DNA of 64,000 nt from Camelus ferus (lineage: Eukaryota): contig NC_045697.1 of assembly GCF_009834535.1 (NCBI RefSeq), positions 92,320,001 to 92,384,000 of the forward strand, given 5' to 3'. Shown here piece by piece: positions 39,510-51,500 of this stretch. The number at the start of each line of letters is the position of its first letter. Position 1 is the first letter of the stretch. The notes under the pieces were generated by a model. It was not told where the DNA came from. It made no database searches and was given only the letters and a program-made list of their open reading frames with translations. Both the position numbers and the translations under genes were made by a program.

Positions 39510-40680
39510 AATATTTATTTTTATCAAAGTAATCTCCATTCATAGTTTAAAATGATAATAATGAGAAGTAATGATCTATTGCCCTACTGTTTCCTATCAC
39601 AGAGTCCTGCTTCTTGGAGTCAGTCGCTTCTGTCCTTTTATTTTTCTTCCAAAATCTTACTTCAGTAATTCTAAATATTGTATTCATGCTATTAATTTAT
39701 ATTTTTCAATATAAATTTTCATATCTTCATAAAAGTGAAAAGGAAGATTAAGCTCTTACATAAAATCCTTCCTCCTGTAATAATCCCACTGTAATTAATT
39801 TACAATGTTTAAAAATCAGTAGTCATTTAATGTTTACATTGTATAACTGTACTTAGCATTTATAGCTGAATCACTTCTCCAGTTATATATATATGTCTTA
39901 TCTTTTTTGAAAGTATTATAGTTTTCCGTAGACTCTATACCTATCATTTTATTTAGCTTCAAACATTCTGACTGAACTAAAGTACTATAAAACTTCTGTC
40001 ATAAGGGTAACACATTGATTCCTCTTTTTTTTTTTCCCCCTCATGAGAGACATCCTTCCTGAAGTCGTCTGACTTTCTGCTCCAGTTTGGACTGCCTGAG
40101 CTTTTCATTGTAATGCCTTTGTGACATTATATTTTATCATACAAACTAGGACACATTTGAAAGTGAACATATATTATTAAAATTACTTCAGTACAGGTGT
40201 AAACCAATACTGTGTAGAACTAGCTTGAGTCCCTCTGTGTCTTGCTTTTTGATCTCCTGTCTCCAGTATTGCATCTCTTGGTATTTTTCATTTGTTTTTA
40301 TTCGGCCTGTTTTGCAGTGTCCTCTGAGAATAGTGCATGAGAAAGTACCTCATACTTTAAATTGCAGTTTGCCTTGGTACAGTATTAGAGGTAGGAAGAC
40401 ATTTTTTATTAGAGTTCTGAAGAAATTTTTTCATACTTTCTAGGTTTCATTGTTGATGGTGGGAGGTTTGAATCATTCAGATTTCCTAGTCTTTGTACTG
40501 AAGGAAGATTACTTTTGCCTCTGATACTGTCAAATATCACTGTATATAAACTGTATTTCTCTCTACTAGAGGCTTTAAGGACTTAAAAACATGGTCCTTA
40601 TATATATATCATTATGATATAGTTTGGTATGGGGTTTTTAAAAAATTAATTATGTTAGGTTTAAGGTGGATCCCTACAGT
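39510..40680 (-). mobile_element. Ancient HAL1/L1ME-like fragment (3' end to degenerate ORF1 region)
   Basis: tttatcaaagtaat...catagtttaaaa 3' end and gaagattaagctctt motif shared with 57480-58730, followed within ~1 kb by ORF1-like antisense motifs (ggtacagtattagaggtagga). Confidence 0.5.
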
Positions 40681-41599
40681 AACGAATACTATACTACTTA
40701 TTGCACCCCTCGTATGATTTTGTTTTCTCCAGCTGAGTAAATCACCTCATTTTATTTGATTTTGACCTACCGATATTTTGATGTGTTGCCATATACCAGC
40801 ATTTTGTTTTTAGCTCTTTGCCATTATCACATCTTTAAGTTCTCTTTTTTCGTTGTGGCTTTATACATTTTTTCACTCACTTGCTGTCACTTTAAAAGAA
40901 TTTAAGTGACGAATAGAGATTAACAATTTTCTTCAAGCTGCCCTCCCTTTTAAACAAAACTTTATTTTTTATTAAATTTAATTTATTAAAAAATTATATT
41001 TGAGACACCATGAAAACAGACTAAGTTAGGAAAGGATTAGAACCAGGGAAATTTGTTTTACTAACTCAGGTACAGGGTCAGAACCTGTGATGGCAATAGT
41101 GATGAAGGATTAATTTAGAAATTGTTTCACTATAGCTGATAGGAAGGAGGTGAAGCTAATACCAGCTCTGTAGCAGGATGAAAGATAATGTTAGTCTTGA
41201 TGATAAACCGATAATGGCCTTTCAGAGCTCCCATTAGCTCTCTCTTCCACCTTTCCTTACTGATTAGGAAGATAGAACCTAGGCATAGGGTTTTCACATA
41301 ATTTGAGAAAATATAGGACAGTTGGGGCGACTGTCATTTGCTTACTGTTAAGATCCCTATTATAAACTGCAAGCAATTTTAGAAGAGTTTTATGTAATTC
41401 CTCAGCCTCATTTCTTACCTGTTTTCTTGAGAAACTTATTAAGGATTAAATATTTGAGGGCAAAAAATCAGAGATAAAGCCCTGTGTCAGAGTTGGACTC
41501 AGGTATACACTGCACAAATATAGGAGGCAAAAGTGATAACAACAGCCATGAATCCCTAATGGTCCCTTTAGGTAAGCACAATAAAAGACAGACGCTGAA

Positions 41600-41980
41600 G
41601 TGGCCAGTAGGTCAAAACTGGTCTTTGCTTTCCTCTATTATGTCTCCAGGTCTTCCTCCAGCTTCCTGACCAGCAGCTACCAAGTGTCCCACCGCTGTAC
41701 ACTTGGCTGTGGGGCTACAGCAGCAATAGACACACAGAGGGAACATCTTCCATTTACTTCTTCACCAACTGTCCTTAATGGTCCCAGGTTTCCCTTTGGG
41801 GTCCTACCTGTCTACTCATGCATGGGCTCCAAGAGGGCTGATTTTGCTTTTTTCTGATCTTCTAACTTCCCCTCTAGACCTTTGCTGACTTACCTCCTCT
41901 TACAATTGCATAAAGTCCAATTTCTATTATAAATCTTTATTTTTAAGTACTCAGAGTGGTTCTGATTCCTGAATGATGCT
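41600..41980 (+). mobile_element. Old ERVL LTR (LTR41/LTR52-like)
   Basis: 3' end caattgcataaagtccaatttctattataaatctttat...actcagagtggttctgattcctg resembles recalled ERVL LTR ends. Confidence 0.5.
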
Positions 41981-42019
41981 TTCAGCCAAGTCCATTTTTT
42001 CCTTCATTTATATTATTAA

Positions 42020-42425
42020 AGTTTTAGCTGGGCATGTAGTTGCCTGCTAGAGACAATATTTCTTCACAGGCTCAATTGCAACTAGGTCCTGCAACTAAAT
42101 GTTGTTATGGGCAAAGATGTATGCACTTTTTCTTTTATTTCCTTATAAGAAAATTGACTTGATCTTTACATTCTCTTCCTTCTGCCCAGTGAGATGGAAT
42201 ATGACATAGGTTGAACCCACTTGAACATGTAAATGAGGGCCATTCTTAGAGCATGATAGAGCAAAAGGAGAGAACAGATCCAGATCACTGAATGAGTTCT
42301 GAAGGCAAGCTCTGCTGCCAGCCTGGATCTCTCACCTCTGGCATGTTATGTGAGCATAAATAAAATCTATACTGATTAAGTTGTATTATGGATTCTCTTA
42401 GCTAAAGAAACAAAGCCATATACCA
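42020..42425 (+). mobile_element. ERVL-MaLR LTR (MLT1J-like)
   Basis: ttttagctgggcatgtag, gatagagcaaaag, gccagcctggatctctcacctctgg, atgtgagcataaataaaatctat. Confidence 0.65.
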
Positions 42426-42552
42426 CATATTACAGGCAATATCACTAAACCCTAGTGATGTTTATGACTTTTTCATGGAGCTCTTCAGATATTCTCCTGC
42501 TGCTACTCTTCCTCCCTCAAACCCTACTCTGTGAGTACAAAGGCACATGAGC

Positions 42553-42612
42553 ATGCACGCGCGCACACACACACACACCCATACACTGGTGCATACACAA
42601 CACACACACAAA
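42553..42612. repeat. (CG)/(CA)n imperfect microsatellite
   Basis: tgcacgcgcgcacacacacacacaccc...cacacacaca read directly. Confidence 0.85.
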
Positions 42613-45034
42613 CTTACAGATGAGCCAACACATACGGATAAGGCCTTAAGATCATATACCCAGGCAGAGGTTATATCAGAACCAGGTAGGCATGGAGCAG
42701 ACATTTAGCTTTATGTTGCCTAATGAAATAAACTGTTTCTCCCAGAACTGTTAAATTTCTCCAAGAGTGCTCATCCTGCACAGTTTCCTTGATCATTAGA
42801 GCTAGCCTAATATTTTGACTGAAAATATTTGTTAAAGCAGTGTTCTTTTAATAAACATGCATTTATTACTTTGTTTTTGTAAAGGTGGTTATGCACAGTC
42901 TCATTGTTCACTTGCATTTGGTTTAAAGTTTGGAAGAGCCACCTGTTTGCAAGAAAGAAACAATGTCAATTCAAATTTGGGTTAAGGCCAAGTTTCACAA
43001 ATGACAAACTTGCTGGCAGCAAATTTAGCAGCAGAAACTACATCCTAGAGCACATCTATCTTTAGTATGAACACCAAGTGGCTGTGCTGTCTATAGATAT
43101 AGTAGCTAGAAAAAAAATGCAATCTCAAAAAATAAAGAGTAGGGAAGTGTGGGAAACCAGGAATTACATCAAACTAAGATCTGGCAATGTATAGTTATAT
43201 GAGTTGAAGTAATATATAATCTGTATTATTCAATCATGGCAAAAAGCTTTAGGACTTATTATTAAAGTGTGCCTGTTGTTGGTGGAAAAGTCATGTGTAT
43301 ATAAATTGATGCTTGTAAAGAGGCTGGAATAAGATAAGACGTTGAAGCAAGTCCACAAAGCATAAGACACAATATACTTCAAATTAAATAGACTTGAAAC
43401 AGTAGAATGCACTAAGTGATTAAAATAATTAAAGTGGAACAATTGAGATGTAAAGACGAAGGTGAATGCTCTTACTGAAAGCAGCGTAGCATTCATTCTC
43501 CCAGTCAAGGATGCAGAGCAGTCTCTGTCCTGAGAGAGAAGGAGCTTCATGCCAAGTCTTTCCCCAGGGCTGCCTAGCAACCAGCTCTTATAGGGAGGGC
43601 AATGCCTAAGTTAATCTCTTTGGTAAGCATTTGTAGCTATTAATTTAATTAGCAAATGCAGCGTAGCATGAATGATCCTGGTGCGATGGCAAAATATTAA
43701 TGAAGATTTTGAAATTCTAACCTTGAATAGGCACATTGGAGACTGTTCCCTAGTCATAGTGGGCCAAGGGAAACTCATTTAAAGTAAAAGTAAAGCAGAA
43801 AACTTTTTCCTTTGCAGTCAGGTTCTTTGTGGTTTAAGGAAGAGTTTAATTTAAATTTTCTTCTCTCTTCTTATTGCACATAAACTTATTGTCAGGCTTT
43901 GAAAATGGCAATTGAATAAGGTTTTTCAAACTCTAAAATTCTGTGATTCCTGAATACCAACTCCTCCCCCCGCAGTATCCTAGTTTTAATTGTACTGTTT
44001 CTTAGAAGATGTGTGCTTTTACCAACATAACTGTGGTCAAGGAAAACTGTATCAGATACCTTTCAAAGACTATTAATGCTACTCTTTTTAGCTGGCTAGA
44101 AGGGCAACTGTTCAGTGATAACAAGGAATGGTTTATGGCTTTGACTCCGAGGCCGAGTGTTCTGTCCCCACAAGGCTCCTGCCCAGACCTTTCCATTTCA
44201 GTTTCAAAAAAGACCGTGGTGCTTCAGATGTTTCAGAGGGTCAAGTTTCACCAAAGGCAGATTACCTAGCATTTTATGTACTTTCTATGAACTTTTTCCT
44301 CTAGTAAAATTCTTTAATGAGGTAATAGATCTTGATCTTGCTAAACATTGTGTGATAAAGCTAAAAGGTTTTCTCAAATTTTAACGAAGATACACTGGAA
44401 AAATTAAAACCTTCGGAATCCTGCCTTTGCTACTCTTCCTTTCTAATTCAAGAGTGGAATTCAACAATACTCTAGTTTCTGCAAAGAAAATCAGTAATCT
44501 GCTCATTTTTACTCTGCTACTACTGTGAGAATGATGTCTTTCCATTTTATAGAAGAATCTGAAGTTCAAAATTAGTTCTGTAGATACTTGTGAACTGATT
44601 ATGAACAAGGTCAAGGATGCTGAATGCCTAGTGAAAAATCTTAAGTAAAAAACACAGAGAAAACAACCATTAAAGTAGCAGAGATGGTCATTTAGTCAAA
44701 AAGTTAATACCTTACCTCTGAAAATGTAACTTTTCCATGGACAGGAAGGAAAAATGTTTGTGTGTTTATGTGTTTGTGTGTCCTACTTCCCAAGTCTACG
44801 AGTATGTTTCAATAGGACATATAATTATAAGAAGAGAGCTGTTTAATTGGAAGTAACTCACCTGGCTTCAAGTCTTACAAACAACGTATAAAAAAAGAGT
44901 TATAGAGTCAAACAACTCAAATGTTTCTCAAGCAGCAGTTTGACTAAAAGAACAATCAGATCAACTGATTGTTTGAAATTATGAATGCAAAACAAAATTC
45001 TTATCTAGGTATTTAACTGTCTGACCATTTAATG

Positions 45035-45222
45035 TATTACTCTTCAAAATATGTTTTTAGAACGGTAGCATCGGTATCACCTGGGAAATAGTTCAAATGC
45101 AAACTGTTGGCCCCCTTGCACCCTCCCCTCCATGCCTAAGGAATCAAACCCTTTGGAGGCAGGGCTTAGGTAGGTGAGAATCCAGGTAATTCTGTTGCAT
45201 GCTAGTTGGAGGAGCACTGCTC
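45035..45222. mobile_element. MER5A-like hAT DNA transposon relic
   Basis: agcatcggtatcacctgggaa...aaatgcaaa, gaatcaaaccctttggaggcagggc, ccaggtaattctgttgcatgctagttggaggagcactg. Confidence 0.7.
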
Positions 45223-48200
45223 TGATGTGGTGTATACCATACATCTCTCCACTAAAAATTTATTTTCCCCAATGTCTTGGGAACTATTATAAATATAAAA
45301 TGCCACTTTAGATAAGTTTAAATTAATTTAAAATTATTTACAATAATAAATTTTTAAAATTTAAAATAATTTTTTTAAAACCCTGTTTTTAATTTTTCTG
45401 TCAGTGAATGTCAGTTGTTTTTTTTTTTTAATTCACAAAGTTCCCACATATTCACAAGATACTAGAAAAATATTTTTAAAAAGGGCAGAAAAAGTGATGG
45501 AGGTAACCCACAAACAACATTTAATTAAGGAATGTTCTAGATGCATCTGTATGTGTGTATAAACCTATACGTGTATAATTGTGATCCAGAATGCTTTGGT
45601 AGAAGCTTTTATTCATTTTCTTGCCAAAACATGAGTTACATATTCTCTTACTGAACTTTTGCTAGGCTTTGCGTAAACTAAATAAATCCCTAAATCTCTG
45701 CAGCGTACAATAATAAACTTCCACTTTTTTCTTGAATTATGATTGTTATAAGGTCTTTGTGGCTGGCCTGGGAGCCATGAACCTCCTTGCATTAGGGCCC
45801 AGGCTGACAGATCAGCCCCTATCTGGAATGTGCCAGTCTTATTGTCAAGATCAGAAACACAAAGATAACTGCACAACCCACATAAAGCTTTTAGTCCGTT
45901 GTGGTATATGTCATATTCAATCCCATTCCACCTACCAAGGTGAGTCAAAATCCACAGCGGGAGCCAGGAAAGATTCTCCCCGAAAGAAAAGTGCTGCAAG
46001 CTGTAGGGCAAGAGCCCTCAGAAGGAGGGAGCTGATGGTGAGGAACCACTGCCAGGGTTTGCCATTGACATTTGTCTGCTTCCTGTTTTCCCAGCAGAGC
46101 TGATGCCACTATTGTTTGTGTTTTCTGCATTTTAGCTATTATACAAATTTTATTTCAGTTTCTTCATCACTTCATTTTCCTTCCTTTTGGACTGTCACTC
46201 AGGTGGCTTCCACTGACGGAATTGCTTTTTCCTCCTCTTCGCCATCAAAATCACTGCGTTCTTCTTCAAGACCTTGCCTATCCCGGGGCCACATCACATC
46301 CTCCAGTTACACACTTTTAGACTTTACTTTCATTATTTAGCTATTGTAATGGTCAATCGAGATTAAATTCAGTAGTGATTATTAACTGAATGTTTTACTT
46401 CAAAAGTAGTTTAAAAGTTCCATAAAGACAGAGACATGACCTTTTTTTTTTCTCTATTGTATCGCTAAACAGGGTGTGGAATGTAGTAGTGGCCCCATAA
46501 ATATTCACTGAAAGACTGAATGAATTTTTGTGTTTCTTATCTTTTGCAATATTTTTGTTTCTTCTTTTTGCTGTGATAATTTCAGAAATTTACAACCTAT
46601 GTGTTTTGTTCTTTATAACTTTATATATTTATTAATTCATTAGATTTATATCTGAAGCAATACGTTTTATTCCTTATCTGAAAGATGAAAGAAGTTATAC
46701 CCTTATACTTCCTCTTCCAATTATTTCCCCAGACTTTTGTGATATTTGTCCATGTTTGCTATTTTTATTCCATAGGATTATATCCAAGTTTGAAACCTAT
46801 GTTTAGTATTATATGTGTAATTTCTAAAGATTTTTAGATTGAGTTCTTTGTTAATAGACAATTAAAACTTACTGTTTATTCTTTATAATCCATGCTCCCA
46901 TTTTTGTCTTCTTTATTTTGGGTTATCTCTGGGTTACTGCTGGTTTGCATTATTGAACAGGGCTTTGTGCAAAGGGTATATGTACGATTGAACTGAGTTC
47001 TCACGTTTAGGAGACTTTTTACATTAGCTTTACAAGTAAACTATGACATTGCTGGTGTAGAATTGAATTAAAGCATACTCTTTTTCACTCATATTTATCC
47101 TGTATTTTGTTTTGTTTGTTTGTTTTTAATTTTTTGTTGTTAAAGTCTTTGTATCTTTGGGGCTAATACAGAGGTCTTCTAAAATCCTGGGCCTCCGATT
47201 CTAATGCCTGACTGGTTGCTATAGGGTGAATTCCCAGGACTCACATTTGACCCAAAACTTCCTTTCCATCTCACAGGAATTATCAGTTATTTATAAGTGC
47301 TCTTAAAATAAAGCCCAAAATCTTCGACATGACCTACACGTGATCTGATCCCAACCTGCCTCTGCTGTTCAAATTTGCCAAGAGCAAACATAAATATTTC
47401 TCTCCCCAGTTGCTTAAACAAGAAGAGATATATTACTTTTAACCAAAAGGTTTCTATAAGAGGAATACTATTTTCATCAGGCCAAACTAAGGTCTAAGAA
47501 GTTCAATAAGATTAAAATCCCCTGAACTAATAACGCCTCATCTCTCATTGCCACTCTTTCAGCATTTGTCTGGGCATAACTGTCAGCCTTCCAGAAAGAC
47601 AGGGAATCAGATCTGTTGTTCTTCTGTTGAGGTGACATGTGAATCAAATCCTAACCCCAGTGGCTCCGACCAATGTCTTTTATGCATTATTTTTATACTT
47701 TCTGTAAAACTAGAGGTTGACACTGAAAATGGATCTCTCTTCCTACCTGGTGTGCTATCTGGGATATTACTGGCATTACTTCAATAAAGTGAGAAAAAAG
47801 CAACGAGGCCATCTAGGGACTGGGTTTCAGAGAGCTTCAGGAAGCCTGGGATTGACAGCTAATGTTTCCATGTTAGGTGATGTCACCATTGTAGTGGAAC
47901 TAGCAGCATAGCAGGAATTTGAGGTGACATGTATCATACAAGTGTAGAGAGGCCAGAGAAATGGAAATACTGTCCTGCTTCTTAACTTCTGCTGGAACAA
48001 TATCTTTCTATGCCTTTCAATTTTAAAGCAAATTTTTATTTACTAATATTTCTGAACTTATTTTTCTATAGTAATTAACAAAATCTAGTTTTGTGTTTGT
48101 CATAGACAAGGCAGGTATATCTATAGGTATAGATAACCTTAAGCATCCTATTATAACTTGAACTCTGGAAACAAACTCTGTTTTTCTGAATACAAAGGTA

Positions 48201-48299
48201 CATTACTAAGGTAAAGACTCAGGTAGATGTGGTGTCTAATATTCGATAATGTGAACATTGTGTGTGTGTGTTTGTGTATATAGAGGTGCCTGTATGATA

Positions 48300-48880
48300 T
48301 CAGTGAAAATAGACTGTGCCAGTTAAGTATCAGAAAACTCAACTCAAATGGCTAAAATGACAAGGGGATTTTATTTCACATAACCCAAAATCTGGAAGTA
48401 AGATAGTTTCAGGTTCTCACTCCATTTACTTACCCTTCACTTCGGCTCTTCCTTCATTGCCGTGCAGCTGTTTTGTTGTTGCTGCTGTTGTTTTCTCAGA
48501 CTGCCTTTTCTCATGATCGTAAGATGACTGTTAGCAGAAAACAAGGCAGTGAACTTCCTTGTTCACTTCTAGTACAAATAAGGGAAGAATCTGTCCCAGA
48601 ACTATAGAATATAAGATTCTTCCATTCAGTCTAATTGGTCCAACTTAGCTGAAGAGCTCATTTGAAAATAATATGCACTGATCAGAGTAAGCTAGGATTC
48701 CTTAACCAATCCCTGGCAAAGAGCTGGGATGCCCATGGTGATCTAAACTAATTCACATCCACCCCTATAGTTGGATATGGGATCAGCTTCTCTTGAGTCA
48801 TATAGGCTACTTGAGAATGGGTGGCTCCTGAGGAAAGCTAGAGTTCCAGGGAAAATCGGACACTATGAAGGCAATAAACA
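48300..48880 (-). mobile_element. ERVL-MaLR LTR (MLT1K/L-like)
   Basis: cagaaaactcaactcaaatggctaaa, aagatgactgttagcag, tctaattggtccaacttag, ttaaccaatccctggcaaag. Confidence 0.6.
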
Positions 48881-48974
48881 ATTTCTCCTCATGAGAAAGT
48901 GTGTGTCTCATTTTAAGAGACTTCTGAGACCAACCAGATAATAAGTAGATGAGTAGATTTTTTTCTAATGTTTT

Positions 48975-49178
48975 ATAGAATGTAGAATAAAAGTTGTGAA
49001 TTCAGCCTCTGTAGTGGCACGGTTCTCAAGTCTAAATCCATTGCTCACTTGCTGAATGAGTTTGGCTAAGATACTCTTCTGTAAAATGGGGAAACAATAG
49101 TACCTACTACATAGGATTTTTGTCTTTCCAGTAATTATTTAAGTGAGATAATTCATAGGCTTGGCGATAAATGTTAAA
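48975..49178 (+). mobile_element. MIR SINE
   Basis: ctgtaaaatggggaaacaatagtacctactacataggatt MIR core. Confidence 0.75.
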
Positions 49179-49556
49179 TTTATTTTTTCTTTCTAATTTC
49201 ATTTTCCTTCTAATCATCTTTATCTTTACTGTTTTTGCTTGCATTTACTGTGGTATTTTTTAGCCTTATTCTGCACATAACTGATTTGGTTTGTGTGTTG
49301 TCAGCTTTACTGCTTGCTGCTTTGATTATATTGCTTGGTTGAGAAAAGACAGTTTTGTTTCTTCATTTCTTTCTTGACAGCTTCTTTTAAATTTCCCTTT
49401 GTTGACTTAGCATCTCACCCTTGAAGTGTTATTTTATTAAACCCATGTTCATTATTTCTTGACATTGATAAGTAGTGCCTACATTCGTTTTTGGATTTGG
49501 GCAGCAAATCTGTTTCCAAAATGGGTTCCTCATCTGCAATTTGTAAACTAAGCCCC

Positions 49557-49557
49557 T

Positions 49558-49635
<78 letters not shown>

Positions 49636-49670
49636 CTTATTTATTTGCTTTCTTACTTACATATTTATTA
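49557..49670. repeat. Compound tetranucleotide microsatellite (ATTT)n(ACTT)n
   Basis: ATTT run 49561-49592 then ACTT run to ~49634, with a degenerate tail. Confidence 0.95.
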
Positions 49671-51194
49671 TTCTATATTGTTGCATTAAGTTGGTCTCAT
49701 TTTTTTCTTCTTGTATAATTATTATCTTTGTGGGCAATCTGCGTCTGCTATTGGCTTCTTAAAATCGTAGGAATGGATTATGTTTGATCTTGCTTTGCTA
49801 TCTGATCTTTAAACCCTGCTCCTGATGTTGAGGGCTTGAGAACTAGATGCGAGTGGTTGTCATTCTTTTCTTCATTCTGCACCAGGGACAGTGCCCTAAC
49901 TACTCTGATGAGTATCTTAAGTTTTTCCTATAACACGCTTCAGGATGAACCAGTCATTATGGTGTGAATTCCTAGAAGATAGACTTGTATTTCGAGTGGT
50001 TTTCTTTCTTTTTTTCTTTTTTCAAGTGGTTATCTTTTTAATTCTTTGCTAATTTTTATGCTGTGTTTGTTGGCTACTGCCATTTCCTCTTGACATCATT
50101 ACACCTTGGAGATTATTCCTTGTCCTTATTTCATCTTCTGTGGGGAAAATGGGAAAATACCAACTTTTAATAGTTCTCATCCAAGCTTTGGGACGTCACT
50201 TATTTGCCATAAAAATAAAGGATAGTTTGAGAACATCTAGAGATTTTCTCCATAGTGTACTCATTTTACTCATTCTCAATTTATTCAGGGTATTTTATCA
50301 GTTAAGAATTTTCAGGAGGAAATGACAGAATGCTGATCAACAATAGCCTAAAGAAATTGAATTTGGTTATTATTTTTACTTAGTAACAAATAGTTCTGAG
50401 GCAGAGTTAGTTAATCTGCTAAATGATGTCATGACTGACATCTCTTTATTCTCTTGGTCTTTCCTTCATGAATAGAAGATGCCATTGCACCTTCTATAGG
50501 GAATGAGAAGAATATTTTCAAGAGAAACTGAATGGCCCAAGAGAATAAGCCCACAGATATTAAACTTTTATGGTGTACTGCTGGAATTTCTACACATTTT
50601 CCTAATAATAATTAAAAAATCAACAAACTCAGTTTGTACACAAAGAATTCTCTAGTACATCACACTTAAATACAAGGTATCACTTGATATTTGAGAACAA
50701 CCTACAATATAAAAAAGACCAATATAAAAAAAGAATTTGGCATTTTTTAAACTGGCTGGTAGTTGTATGGGGTTCAGTTATTCTTCTTTTCTAGTTTGTA
50801 TATAGGTAATACACACCCATTTGTATGCATTATACGTTTTGCAATGCATTATACATTTTGAAAAGAAACCGTGTTTGGAGGCATGAAGAAAGGAGGAAGG
50901 ACAGCACCAGCACACTTCTCTGTTTTAGTAGGACAGTGTTTCATGGCCAAACATGGTGGGCAGTGAAACTATCTGAGGGAATTAGTAGCTTGTTTTCATC
51001 TTCTGGGCTGGAGGCAAGTGAGGGGAAAGAGGGTTGTGTCTGGCATTGCCTGAGCAGAAGCAGTGTCTGCTGCAGGGGCCCATCTGATTCCCAACTTACT
51101 TTCATCCTATTTTAAAATCTGTGGCCAAGCAAAAACATTTGCTTAACATCACCCGAATCCCAGTAAATTTTATTTCAGATTATATTCTCACTAA

Positions 51195-51500
51195 TTCTCT
51201 CTCTTTGCCTAGAATATCCTTCACAGCTTTCTCTACCTGCGAAACTTTTACTCAACCTTCAAGGCCCAGCTGATGTGGTAACACATCCATGAACACTTGT
51301 GATCTTACTCATCACTCTTGGTTAGGTTCTCTCCTTCTACTTTAAAAGTTTCAATATGTTTTATGTTCTGATATGTACTAAGGTGATTTCTATATACTTA
51401 TTATCATTCCCACTAGATTATTGCAAGATCTGTAAAGTTGACCTTATATTTGCTTATCTATTCCCAAACACATTGCAAAGTACTTGGAAAGTGAATGATC
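51195..51500 (+). mobile_element. L2 3' fragment
   Basis: ctttgcctagaatatcctt, actcaaccttcaaggcccagct, cccactagattattgcaagatc. Confidence 0.6.
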
